Below, one piece after another: positions 48,995 to 60,183 of a stretch of 64,000 nucleotides of DNA (the stretch's first letter is position 1; every line of letters starts with the position of its first letter). Below the pieces are notes generated by a model that saw only the letters and a program-made list of their open reading frames with translations, had not been told where the DNA came from and did not search any database. Location of the stretch: positions 2,816,001 through 2,880,000 of the forward strand of contig CBDCWI010000002.1 of NCBI GenBank assembly GCA_965223325.1. Reading direction: 5' to 3'. This DNA comes from Candidatus Multivoradales bacterium (lineage in GTDB: Bacteria > Acidobacteriota > Thermoanaerobaculia > Multivoradales > Multivoraceae). A program made the position numbers and the translations under genes.

Positions 48995-49061
48995 CTCCGT
49001 CTGCAAGGCCACAGAACCCTCCGTCTGCAAGGCACAGAACTCTCCGTCTGCGAAGCAGAAC
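48995..49061 (+). repeat. Three tandem 20-24 bp repeats in the sodA upstream region
   Basis: CTCCGTCTGCAAGGCCACAGAACC / CTCCGTCTGCAAGGCACAGAACT / CTCCGTCTGCGAAGCAGAAC. Confidence 0.85.
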
Positions 49062-49181
49062 ACCGGATCCCGCTGCGGCAGGCGAGCGCTCTCCGCCGGG
49101 ACCGATCACATCACCTCACATCACCGCGCCGTTCGCCAGCGAGCTGGAGGAGCGGCCGCTCAACAAACCAGGAGCCTCCCG

Positions 49182-49784
49182 ATGGCACACCAGCTTCCCG
49201 ACCTCGAATACGCCTTTGATGCTCTCGAGCCTCACATCGATGCCCGCACGATGGAAATCCATCACGACAAGCATCACAACGGCTACGTCAACAATCTCAA
49301 TGCGGCGCTGGAGGGTCACGATGGCCTCGCCGCTCTAGGGGTGGACGAGCTCATCGCCGACCTCTCTGCCGTTCCGGAAGACATCCGCGGCGCTGTGCGC
49401 AACAACGGCGGTGGCCACTCGAACCACAGCCTGTTCTGGAAGGTCATGAGCCCTTCCGGTGGGGGCGCACCCAGCGGCGATCTGGCCGATGCCATCAACG
49501 GTACCTTCGGCAGCTTCGACGACTTCAAGGCCAAGTTCCAGACCACCGCGGGAACCCGCTTCGGAAGCGGCTGGGGCTGGCTCACCAAGACTGCCGACGG
49601 TCTGGCCCTCGAGTCCACGCCCAACCAGGACAGCCCGGTGATGGAGGGTCGGACTCCGATCCTCGGCGTCGATGTCTGGGAGCACGCGTACTACCTCAAC
49701 TACCAGAACCGGCGTCCGGACTACCTCAAGGCCTTCTGGAACGTCGTCGACTGGAACGAAGTCAGCCGCCGCTTCGCCGCATAA
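49182..49784 (+). CDS. sodA: Superoxide dismutase, Mn-type signature
   Basis: [29 protein letters not shown]. Confidence 0.95.
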   Translation: MAHQLPDLEYAFDALEPHIDARTMEIHHDKHHNGYVNNLNAALEGHDGLAALGVDELIADLSAVPEDIRGAVRNNGGGHSNHSLFWKVMSPSGGGAPSGDLADAINGTFGSFDDFKAKFQTTAGTRFGSGWGWLTKTADGLALESTPNQDSPVMEGRTPILGVDVWEHAYYLNYQNRRPDYLKAFWNVVDWNEVSRRFAA

Positions 49785-49791
49785 GCGCCAA

Positions 49792-49834
49792 GGACCCGGG
49801 TCCCCACCCGGGTCCCCACCCGGGTCTCGGGTCC
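49792..49834. repeat. Short tandem/palindromic repeat (ACCCGGGTCCCC) x~2.7, possible terminator
   Basis: Seen directly after the sodA stop. Confidence 0.6.
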
Positions 49835-50000
49835 CTGCCGGGGTCTTCCGACCCGCCCAAAAACCGGGGCATGTGATTCCGGGTTTTCGGTGCTTCCCGG
49901 TGACCGCAAGAATCGCGGTTCGCGCCTCCCTGTCCGCCACAAGCTGTTGACTGTCAAGGGCTTCCGGCGGTACAAGGCGCGTCGTTCGTACCTCTCCAAA

Positions 50001-50016
50001 TTGCGTATATACGGAA
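50001..50016. promoter_or_regulatory. Imperfect palindrome, candidate ArsR operator
   Basis: TTGCGTATATACGGAA (14/16 symmetric) in an AT-rich region upstream of the ArsR gene. Confidence 0.45.
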
Positions 50017-50175
50017 AGTTACACACGACTGCGCATTTGCTGCGCAACACAGCTGCCCTTTTGGTGCCGTTTTCAAGCAAGTTTCAATATTGTACTCCTA
50101 TACTGGCATCCGTCAATAAAGCTAGAGCTGGAACAAACCAGCTCCCGCAAAAGGAACCGAAGGGGGTACCTAACC

Positions 50176-50523
50176 ATGCAGAACGCCACTAGCACCGCCG
50201 AGCGCCGCAACTTCCGCTACTCAGATCTTCGCCGCTCCGAGCGCAAGATGACCAAGGTCTTCAAAGCGCTTTCCGACTCGACCCGCCAGCAGATCCTCCA
50301 GCTGCTCGAGGGCACCGAGCGCAGCGTTGGGGAGATCGTCGGAAACTTCGAGCTCTCGCAGCCCACCATCTCGCGTCACCTCTCGGTTCTCAAAGAAGCC
50401 GAGCTGGTGATCGACAAGCGTCAGGGCCAGAACGTCATGTACCGGCTGAACGACGAGGCGCTCGCTTCGTCCATGCACGAGTTCTTCGGTCAGTTTTCGG
50501 CCTGCCAGAACAGCCTGCGCTGA
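50176..50523 (+). CDS. ArsR/SmtB family regulator
   Basis: FKALSDSTRQQIL...SVGEI...SQPTISRHLSVLKEAELV. Confidence 0.9.
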   Translation: MQNATSTAERRNFRYSDLRRSERKMTKVFKALSDSTRQQILQLLEGTERSVGEIVGNFELSQPTISRHLSVLKEAELVIDKRQGQNVMYRLNDEALASSMHEFFGQFSACQNSLR

Positions 50524-50723
50524 TTCTGAGCGTCTGAACTCCTCCTGAGTTCCTTGGGCCCGCGGCGAAACGTGGCTTCGCCGTGGGCCTCCCTCACCCC
50601 ACCAGAGGTGAGGACGCTCTCAGACGGTGTCGGCACTCCTCCAGGTCCGTCCCGTCGTGCACGAGTCGAGAGCTCACCAATCTGGCCGAGGGCCGGGCGA
50701 GCGCATATACTGCGCGCCTTCTA

Positions 50724-50800
50724 GGCGGTGTAGCTCAGATGGTTAGAGCAAGCGGCTCATATCCGCTGTGTCAGGGGTTCAAGTCCCTTCACCGCCACCA
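50724..50800 (+). tRNA. tRNA-Met(CAT), elongator type
   Basis: GGCGGTG...CTCATAT...CACCGCCACCA; G1-C72 paired, so not initiator. Confidence 0.9.
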
Positions 50801-50881
50801 TCCCTCCTCCGCCCTCTTTGACGGACGGCCCTGGCGAGAGGGTTGAACGGTCCGAAACCGAGCCCTGGGGAAGCGTTCGGA

Positions 50882-51985
50882 ATGCCCACACCAAGCCTCC
50901 CAGTCGTCGAGCAGACGCTGGTGCGAGCGCTTCGCCGGCTGCGCCTCTGCCACCCACAGGCCACCCGTGGCAGAGAGAAGCCAGCCAACACGCTCGTGAT
51001 CGCCTTCTCGGGCGGGCCGGACTCGACTGCCCTCCTCGCCGCCTGCGAACGCACTCGTGCTCTCCATGGCTTCGAGTCGCGTGCCGTTCACGTCGACCAC
51101 CGTGCAGACCCCCAGTCTGGCGCCCGCGCCAGGGCGGCTGCGGCGATCGCCTCGCAGCTCGCCCGTGAGTGCCTGGTCATCGAAGGCGACGGTGACGCAC
51201 ACCAGAGGGCCTCGCTGGCGGCCCACGGTCAAGGCCACGAGGCTTTCCTGCGCGCGCTTCGCGAGCAGGCGCTCGAAGACTTCGTGGCCAGATCGACCGA
51301 TCGCATCGCTGCAATCCTCACGGCCCACCATCGCGACGACCAGTGCGAGACCGTCGCCCTGCGGCTGCTCCGTGGGAGTGGTCTTGCCGGTCTCGCCGGC
51401 ATGTCTGAAGACTCACACAACGCGAACGACGAGGCCCGCGCCGCCGACGAAGCGCCGGTTCGCACCCGGCGCATTCGCCCGCTCCTCTCCGTCGGACGTG
51501 CTGAGATCCTCCGCTACCTCGAAGGGTCCGGCCTCGAGGCGGTTTCGGACCCGACCAACCGCGATCTCAGACAGCTGCGCGCTCGCATCCGCTACCACCT
51601 GCTCCCCGCTCTTCGGGCCCATGACCCCAAGACCGACGACCGGCTGCTGGCCCTTGCCGCCGCCGCCGCTCGAACCAGTCGCCTGATCACTGCCCGTCTC
51701 GCCGATGATCTCGGCCTCGAACCGCTTCAGGGAATCGGTCGACGCGTCGGCGCAACCCTCGTCATCGCAGAACTCAGGCGGCTGCCGCCCTCCCTTTGGC
51801 CCTTCGCCCTGGCGCTTCTGCAACGGGCTGCAGGAGCCCCGTACCCGGGCACCCAGGGAGCCCGGGCCGAACTCGCGCGTCAACTGCAGAGCGGGGGTGC
51901 AATCGGTATCGATTGCGGCGGTGGCTGGACCTGGGAGCACCACCCGGGGGCACGACTGGCCATGTCACGTCGGGCCCCGTCTTGA
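50882..51985 (+). CDS. tilS: tRNA(Ile)-lysidine synthetase (short form)
   Basis: SGGPDS PP-loop, HVDH, TAHHRDDQCET..LRLLRGSG, IRPLL, DPTN. Confidence 0.88.
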   Translation: MPTPSLPVVEQTLVRALRRLRLCHPQATRGREKPANTLVIAFSGGPDSTALLAACERTRALHGFESRAVHVDHRADPQSGARARAAAAIASQLARECLVIEGDGDAHQRASLAAHGQGHEAFLRALREQALEDFVARSTDRIAAILTAHHRDDQCETVALRLLRGSGLAGLAGMSEDSHNANDEARAADEAPVRTRRIRPLLSVGRAEILRYLEGSGLEAVSDPTNRDLRQLRARIRYHLLPALRAHDPKTDDRLLALAAAAARTSRLITARLADDLGLEPLQGIGRRVGATLVIAELRRLPPSLWPFALALLQRAAGAPYPGTQGARAELARQLQSGGAIGIDCGGGWTWEHHPGARLAMSRRAPS

Positions 51986-52277
51986 ACCTAACCTCACCCC
52001 GCCGACGAAGGGAGAGAGGCCGGCAACCAACCGTCGCGCCGAAGCCTAGTTTTCTCCTATACTGGAGGGCCGACGCGCGGTTCGAGCCGCCCGTCATCGT
52101 CTTTGGATTGCGGCACACCAAAGCCCGCTTGCGGGCCGCCGCTGAACCTGAAACGGTGGGAAGCCACCCTCGCGACTCCTCGTTGAGTCGGACTGGTTCG
52201 CACGGTGCCCGCGGCCGGGTTCCCGCCCAAAGCCCACGCAATTCACCTCTGCCTACCCACCCCTTTGGGAGAATTCG

Positions 52278-54275
<1,998 letters not shown>

Positions 54276-54389
54276 GCAGCCAGCATCGCCCTAGACCCAC
54301 CACGTCTTGAACTCCCACACGCCCGTTTCTAATCGCCCCGTGTTCTGTGGAAGGCAAGACAGGGGCGCGTCCCCTGACTGGCGCGACGC

Positions 54390-55175
54390 ATGAGATTCGC
54401 CGACCTCCTGGAGATTCTGGAGTGGCGCGACGCGATCGACCTTGCAGTCCTGGCGCTGCTTGCCTATGGCCTGCTCAAGCTGGTGCGCGGCACCCGCGCC
54501 GTCCAGGTGATCATGGGCATCCTGGGCATCGTCGCAACCACCTACATCGCTGAGCTGCTCAATCTCGAAGGCCTGTCGCTGCTCTTGCAGGCGATTCTGG
54601 TCTTCCTGCCTTTTGCCATCGTGGTTCTCTTTCAACAGCAGATCCGGCGCGGGCTGGCCTCGATCGGCCGCAACCCGCTGTTTGGGATTGCCTCTCAGGA
54701 GGCCACCGAAACGGGTTTCAATGAACTGGTGCTGGCCGCCGATACGCTCGCCAAACGGCAGATCGGGGCTCTGATCGTCATCGAACGGGCCGAAGGCCTG
54801 CGCGACTGGGTAGAGAACGGCATTCAACTCGACAGCCTCATCAGCTTCGACCTCCTCCTGTCGATCTTCAATCCCGCTTCTCCCCTGCACGACGGCGCGG
54901 TGATCATTCAAGGCGACCGGGTAGCGGCTGCGGCCTGCTTCTTGCCGTTGACGTCAAACCCCGAGCTTTCGACGCGGTCGGGCACCAGGCACCGGGCGGC
55001 CCTGGGCATCAGCGAAGAAACCGACTGTCTGGCAATTGTCGTTTCCGAAGAGACAGGCATGATCTCGGTCGCCCTCGCCGGACATCTCGAGCAAGACCTC
55101 GACGCCCGCAGCCTGCGCAACGAGCTCTACCGACAGGTCGTGAGCGCCGAAGCATCCAAGGGAGCGGCAGCGTGA
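54390..55175 (+). CDS. cdaA: Diadenylate cyclase CdaA
   Basis: Three TMs plus a DAC domain with LHDGA and GTRHRAA. Confidence 0.93.
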   Translation: MRFADLLEILEWRDAIDLAVLALLAYGLLKLVRGTRAVQVIMGILGIVATTYIAELLNLEGLSLLLQAILVFLPFAIVVLFQQQIRRGLASIGRNPLFGIASQEATETGFNELVLAADTLAKRQIGALIVIERAEGLRDWVENGIQLDSLISFDLLLSIFNPASPLHDGAVIIQGDRVAAAACFLPLTSNPELSTRSGTRHRAALGISEETDCLAIVVSEETGMISVALAGHLEQDLDARSLRNELYRQVVSAEASKGAAA

Positions 55176-55918
55176 GAATGACCGACTCGAGAAACGGCGA
55201 ATCGGGAGAACAGGGGCTCTGGTATCTCCGTCTTCTGGCCGTGGTCATCGCCCTCGGCGTGTGGCTCTACGCTGCCTACATGCCGCGCGTTCAGGAACTC
55301 CTGGTGCCGCGGGTCGAATGGGGCGTCGACACCGAGGTGAGCTATTCGGTGCCCGAGGGTTCCAAGCTCGTCGTCCTCAATGCCCAGCAGCGGATTCGGG
55401 TGCAGCTTCGTGGGCGCGAAGAGCAGCAGCGGGCGGTCGAGAACAGCGGCGGCATCGGGGTTCAGATCCCGTTCGAGGAAGGCACCTCGGCCGGCGACCG
55501 GCAGGTGGCAATTCTGCCCGAGTACGTGCGCCTTCCCGACGACTCGATCGAGGTGGTCTCGATCACGCCGAACCGTCTGGAGCTGATTCTCGACATCGAA
55601 GAAACCCGCCAGGTGCGCGCCGTTCCCATCTGGCGAGGTGAAGCTGGGGGTGCGCTTCCAGTCCCCAAGAGCTACCGCGTGACCCCCGAGACCATCGAGA
55701 TTCAGGGGCCGCGCTCAATCCTCGATCAGGAAGACAGGATCGCGATTCCAGTCGACCTCGAGGGCCGCATCTACACCTTCCAGCGCGTCCTACCGGTCCC
55801 GCCCCCGGCAGACTCACATCTCCGCGTCATCCAGCCCCGCACCGTCACGGTCTGGGTCGAGCTCGAACCGCCACCGGAACCTGACGCTCTGGACCTGGAG
55901 TCGAACGGCGGTTCATGA
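55172..55918 (+). CDS. cdaR: YbbR/CdaR-like regulator
   Basis: N-terminal TM, two beta-rich YbbR-like repeats (V.LRG; VTP.TI.IQGP), conserved position between cdaA and glmM. Confidence 0.75.
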   Translation: MRMTDSRNGESGEQGLWYLRLLAVVIALGVWLYAAYMPRVQELLVPRVEWGVDTEVSYSVPEGSKLVVLNAQQRIRVQLRGREEQQRAVENSGGIGVQIPFEEGTSAGDRQVAILPEYVRLPDDSIEVVSITPNRLELILDIEETRQVRAVPIWRGEAGGALPVPKSYRVTPETIEIQGPRSILDQEDRIAIPVDLEGRIYTFQRVLPVPPPADSHLRVIQPRTVTVWVELEPPPEPDALDLESNGGS

Positions 55919-57279
55919 AGACATCAATCTTTGGCACCGACGGCATCCGGGGTGCGTTTGGGGCAGCACCCCTCGACCATGGCACCGTCTTCGAGCTCGG
56001 GCGCCAGCTCGTCGGCCTGATCGGTGAGACGGGCCTCGAGACCCCGTCGATCGTCGTCGGCGGCGACACCCGCGAAAGCACACCTCTGCTCACCGACTGG
56101 TTCGCTGAGGGCGTCGTGCACGCCGGTGGCACGGTCAAGAGAGCGGGAGTGGTGCCGACACCGGCGGTCGCCCGGGTCGTCGCAAGCAGCGCGCATGCGG
56201 GCGGCGTGGTGATCTCGGCAAGTCACAACCCATGGCCAGACAACGGCCTCAAGTTCTTTGACGCCGACGGCTTCAAATGGTCGGTCGAGCGCGAGCGGGC
56301 GCTCGAGGAGCGACTGCAACCGGTTTCTACACCGCCACCGAGCGGCGACCCTCCATCAGGGGTCGACCCGGCTCTGGCGGGGCGCTACGTTGCTTCGTTG
56401 ATCGAATCGACCCGGGCGCTTGCCGGCTCGGCGAAGCCGCTCGAGGGTCTTCGCGTCGTCCTCGACCTCGGCCACGGTGCAGCGTCGCCGCTCGCGGCGC
56501 CGGTCTTCGCTGACCTGGGGGCCTCGACCTGGGTCATCAACGACCGCCCCGATGGCCGCAATCTCAATCAGGGTTGCGGATCGACCCACCCCGAAGTGGT
56601 GGCGGCCGCTGTTCTCGAACAAGGCGCCGACCTGGGCGTTTCCTTCGATGGCGACGCCGACCGCCTGATCGTCTGCGACCACAACGGCACGGTGCGCGAC
56701 GGCGACGCCATCATGTACATGTGGGCTCTGGCACTCCATCGAGCTGGCGAATTGACCGGCAATCGCATCGTCGCCACGGTGATGAGCAACCTGGGCCTCC
56801 ACAAGGCGTTGGAGGCCCACGGAATCGATGTCGTCTCCTGTGATGTCGGCGATCGTGCGGTCGTCGAGACCCTTCGCAACCAGGGACTACGCCTGGGCGG
56901 TGAACAGTCGGGCCACTTGATCGACCTCGAACACTCAACGACCGGTGACGGCCTGCTCGCAGCGCTTCACCTGGCAGCGCGAATCAGCTCGAGCGGTGAA
57001 TCACTGGCTCGACATCTCGAGGACTTCGAGGTGTTTCCGCAGCTGCTCCGGAACGTTCCGGTGCGCTCGAAGCCGCCGTTTGCCGAAATCGACAGCCTCC
57101 AGGAGGTCATCAAAGCGGTTGAGACCGAACTCGGAAACGAGGGACGACTCCTTCTGCGCTATAGCGGCACCGAGAGGCTCGCTCGGATCATGGTCGAGGG
57201 ACCTGACCCGGACCGCATCGCCACTCTCGCCGACCGCATCGCAGATCAGCTGGCCAGCGAGATCGGCGCTCCGCCGTAG
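55915..57279 (+). CDS. glmM: Phosphoglucosamine mutase
   Basis: FGTDGIRG, SASHNP, DGDADR, GGEQSGH, RYSGTE. Confidence 0.95.
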   Translation: MKTSIFGTDGIRGAFGAAPLDHGTVFELGRQLVGLIGETGLETPSIVVGGDTRESTPLLTDWFAEGVVHAGGTVKRAGVVPTPAVARVVASSAHAGGVVISASHNPWPDNGLKFFDADGFKWSVERERALEERLQPVSTPPPSGDPPSGVDPALAGRYVASLIESTRALAGSAKPLEGLRVVLDLGHGAASPLAAPVFADLGASTWVINDRPDGRNLNQGCGSTHPEVVAAAVLEQGADLGVSFDGDADRLIVCDHNGTVRDGDAIMYMWALALHRAGELTGNRIVATVMSNLGLHKALEAHGIDVVSCDVGDRAVVETLRNQGLRLGGEQSGHLIDLEHSTTGDGLLAALHLAARISSSGESLARHLEDFEVFPQLLRNVPVRSKPPFAEIDSLQEVIKAVETELGNEGRLLLRYSGTERLARIMVEGPDPDRIATLADRIADQLASEIGAPP

Positions 57280-57400
57280 GGTCCCGACAATGCGCGGTTG
57301 GCCCCTTCCGGGTACGGTCGGCGTGTTAGAAACCCCCTGAAGCAAAAAGGGCCGCTCCGACTCAACACGCTCTAAGAGAACAAGCTCTCGCAGGTGAACC

Positions 57401-58153
57401 ATGAGTGCACCGATCTTTCTGTCGGTCAACATCGATCACGTCGCTACCCTCAGGCAAGCCAGAAAGGCGCCCTACCCGTCGCCGCTCGCGGCGGCCCGCC
57501 TGGCGATCGAGGCGGGTGCCAACGGAATCACCGTGCACCTGAGAGAAGACCGCCGCCACATTCAAGACGACGACCTCACCGGACTCTGCCGAGAACTCGA
57601 GGTCCCGATCAACCTCGAAATCGCCGCCACCGAGCGGATGGTGCGCATCGCGCGGGAAGCGAAGCCGGCGCAGGTCACTCTGGTACCCGAACGGCCCGAT
57701 GAGGTCACCACGGAAGGGGGGCTCGACCTGGTCGACCACGAAAGCCGCATCCAACGTGTGGCGGCAACCCTCCGGGAAGACGACATCACGGTCTCGCTCT
57801 TCCTCGACCCTGATCCCCAACAGATCGAGTGTGTGGCGAGAATCGACGGCTCGAATCGCATCGAGATCAACACCGACGCTTTCACCCGCGCCGCGCTGGC
57901 AGGCCTCGACAGCGACGGCGCCCAGCAGGAACTCGAGCTCGTCAGAGAGGGCGCGACCCTCGCCACCGCCGCCGGTCATACCGTCGACGCGGGCCACGGC
58001 CTGACCGTTCAAAACGTCGTGCCGATTGCCGCCATCCCGGAGATGGTCGAACTCAACATCGGCCACTCGATCGTCTCGCGCGCCGTGCTCGTGGGAATGC
58101 ACAAGGCGGTCGAAGAGATGCGTCAGGCCATCGACGGAGCCCGCGCCGCTTGA
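57401..58153 (+). CDS. pdxJ: Pyridoxine 5'-phosphate synthase
   Basis: VNIDHVATLRQAR, HLREDRRHI, TTEGGLD, AGHGL, NIGHSI. Confidence 0.95.
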   Translation: MSAPIFLSVNIDHVATLRQARKAPYPSPLAAARLAIEAGANGITVHLREDRRHIQDDDLTGLCRELEVPINLEIAATERMVRIAREAKPAQVTLVPERPDEVTTEGGLDLVDHESRIQRVAATLREDDITVSLFLDPDPQQIECVARIDGSNRIEINTDAFTRAALAGLDSDGAQQELELVREGATLATAAGHTVDAGHGLTVQNVVPIAAIPEMVELNIGHSIVSRAVLVGMHKAVEEMRQAIDGARAA

Positions 58154-58172
58154 GAGATCCTGCTCCGGGCCG

Positions 58173-58388
58173 CTAGCGCTCGATCTCGATGCCCTCAGCG
58201 ATCGGCGACTCGGCCTCTTTGCTCATCAACACGGTGGAGTGGATCGGCAAGAGAACCCGATGGGTCTTCTCACCGAAGCTGACGTTGAGCTCGTAGTAGC
58301 CCTCGGGCGCGATGCGCAGTAGACGGCCAGGGCTACCTTTCCAGCCGAGAATCGTGTTGTGGACCAAGACATCTGTCGGGACTTCCAT
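58173..58388 (-). CDS. Small hypothetical beta-rich protein (71 aa)
   Basis: RBS AGGAG 7 nt before ATG; protein-like composition; fills the gap. Confidence 0.65.
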   Translation of the reverse strand: MEVPTDVLVHNTILGWKGSPGRLLRIAPEGYYELNVSFGEKTHRVLLPIHSTVLMSKEAESPIAEGIEIER

Positions 58389-58562
58389 CCGAAACTCCTA
58401 CGGGGATTGTGAGGCAATAGAGACTGGCAGGGCGCGCTCTGGGGTGCTCGTCGCTCGAGAAGCGCAGCAGAACGCGTGATCGAGGTGGGGGAGTCGTGCG
58501 AGAAAGAACGGATACCGAGAGGCGGTGAGGGTTCCGACCCCTGAGCCGAGAGAACTCGACGA

Positions 58563-58587
58563 CCCGCCAAGCCTATCCGCTGGCGGG
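58563..58587 (-). terminator. Hairpin after the response regulator
   Basis: CCCGCCA...TGGCGGG stem immediately after the stop. Confidence 0.4.
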
Positions 58588-58591
58588 ACCG

Positions 58592-59977
58592 CTATTCCAC
58601 AATGCCGTCTTCTCGGTACTCCTTCAGTTTTCGCTGCAGGGTGCGTAGGCCAATCTGCAGAATGCGGGCGGCCTCGGCGCGCTTGCCGCCGGTTCGCTCG
58701 AGGGTATCCAGGATCGCTTGACGTTCGATCTCGGCCATCGTGCGCGGCTCGCCAACCAGGGGTTGGATCGGCGTGTGGTCGGTACGGTTTGCGATTCGCG
58801 AGCGCAGGTCTCCCGGGAGATCCCCCGGGGTGACCGTGCCACCGGGGTGAAAGACCACGACGGACTCGAGGACATTGCGCAACTCGCGCACGTTTCCCGG
58901 CCAGTTGTAGCTCGAGAGGGCCGCAACCGTCGTCGGGTCGAGTCGCAGTTCGGGCTTGGCCTCGGCTGCCGCGAACTCTTCCAGGAAGGCCTCAGCGATC
59001 AAGGGTAGATCTCCGAGGCGCTGCCGCAACGGCGGAATCTCGAGCGTGACCACCTTGAGACGGTAGTAGAGGTCTTCTCTGAAGCGCCCTTCCTCGACGG
59101 CCTTCTCGAGATCCTTGTTGGTCGCCGCGATCAGCCTGAAGTCGAGGTCGATCAGGTCGCTGCCCCCGACGCGCATGATCTGGCGCTCTTCGAGGACGCG
59201 CAGCAACTTCACCTGGAGCTCCGGATAGAGCTCACTGATCTCATCGAGAAACAAGCTGCCACCGTCGGCGAGCTCGAACTTGCCGATCTTGCGAGCCACC
59301 GCACCAGTGAAGGAACCCTTCTCGTGTCCGAAGAGCTCGCTCTCGAGGATCTCGTTGGGGATCGCGCCACAGTTGATGGCCAGAAAGCGTTCTTCGGAGC
59401 GCGGGCTCGCCTGATGCAGCGCCTTGGCGACCAGCTCCTTACCGGTCCCGCTTTCTCCGACGATCAAGACACTCGACCTCGAGGGCGCAACCAGCCGCAT
59501 CTGTTCGAACAGGCGCTCCATCGGCGGTGAGTTACCGATGATCGCGTCGAAGCCGTAGCGCTTGTCGAGCATTTCACGCAGGCTCGAAACCTCTTCGCGC
59601 AGGTCGCGGTTCTCGAGCAGGTTCATGACCCGACGCCGAAGCTCGTAGAGGTCGACCGGCTTGGTGAGGTAGTCGTCGGCACCGATCTGCATCGCCTGAA
59701 CCGCTGACTCGATCGACCCGAAACCCGTCACCAGCATCACCGCGAGTTCGAGGTTCTGTTCGCGCACGGCGTTGAGAAAGGCAATACCGTCCATTCCAGG
59801 CATCTTCAGGTCACAGATCGCGAGACGACTGCCCGGATTCGAGGTCAAGAACGCAAGCGCCTCGGCGGCTTCGTCGAAGGTCCGAACCGACAGGCCGGCC
59901 TTCTCGACCGCTAGCGCCATCGATTCACGCGAACCGGTCTCATCGTCGATCACGATCACTTGTGGCGAGGAGCTCAT
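58592..59977 (-). CDS. NtrC-family sigma-54 response regulator
   Basis: Receiver (IDDE, DLKMPGMDG, KP), GESGTGKE, GSFTGA, WPGNVREL, Fis HTH. Confidence 0.95.
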   Translation of the reverse strand: MSSSPQVIVIDDETGSRESMALAVEKAGLSVRTFDEAAEALAFLTSNPGSRLAICDLKMPGMDGIAFLNAVREQNLELAVMLVTGFGSIESAVQAMQIGADDYLTKPVDLYELRRRVMNLLENRDLREEVSSLREMLDKRYGFDAIIGNSPPMERLFEQMRLVAPSRSSVLIVGESGTGKELVAKALHQASPRSEERFLAINCGAIPNEILESELFGHEKGSFTGAVARKIGKFELADGGSLFLDEISELYPELQVKLLRVLEERQIMRVGGSDLIDLDFRLIAATNKDLEKAVEEGRFREDLYYRLKVVTLEIPPLRQRLGDLPLIAEAFLEEFAAAEAKPELRLDPTTVAALSSYNWPGNVRELRNVLESVVVFHPGGTVTPGDLPGDLRSRIANRTDHTPIQPLVGEPRTMAEIERQAILDTLERTGGKRAEAARILQIGLRTLQRKLKEYREDGIVE

Positions 59978-60183
59978 GGCGCGCCATAATGGCACACCAA
60001 CGAAGATCTGCACGAAGATCGCACGATCTCTACAATGGCCGGATCGTTTCCTTCGGGTACCGGGCAACGCTGCTGACTCGAAGTCAGAAGACCAATAGAT
60101 ATTGGGATATTTGACTTAGTTAGATAGAATGCCGGTTCGCTTCCGAGACGCACTCGAGTCGTTTCTTCTTCAGGAGAGTTGCC

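Noticed and set aside
48995-49061. Possible mini CRISPR array
   Set aside because: Repeats are contiguous with no spacers, and there are no cas genes in the window
50724-50800. tRNA-Ile2 (lysidine substrate), suggested by its position next to tilS
   Set aside because: Acceptor stem GGCGGTG lacks the C4-G69/C5-G68 pairs used by TilS and resembles elongator tRNA-Met
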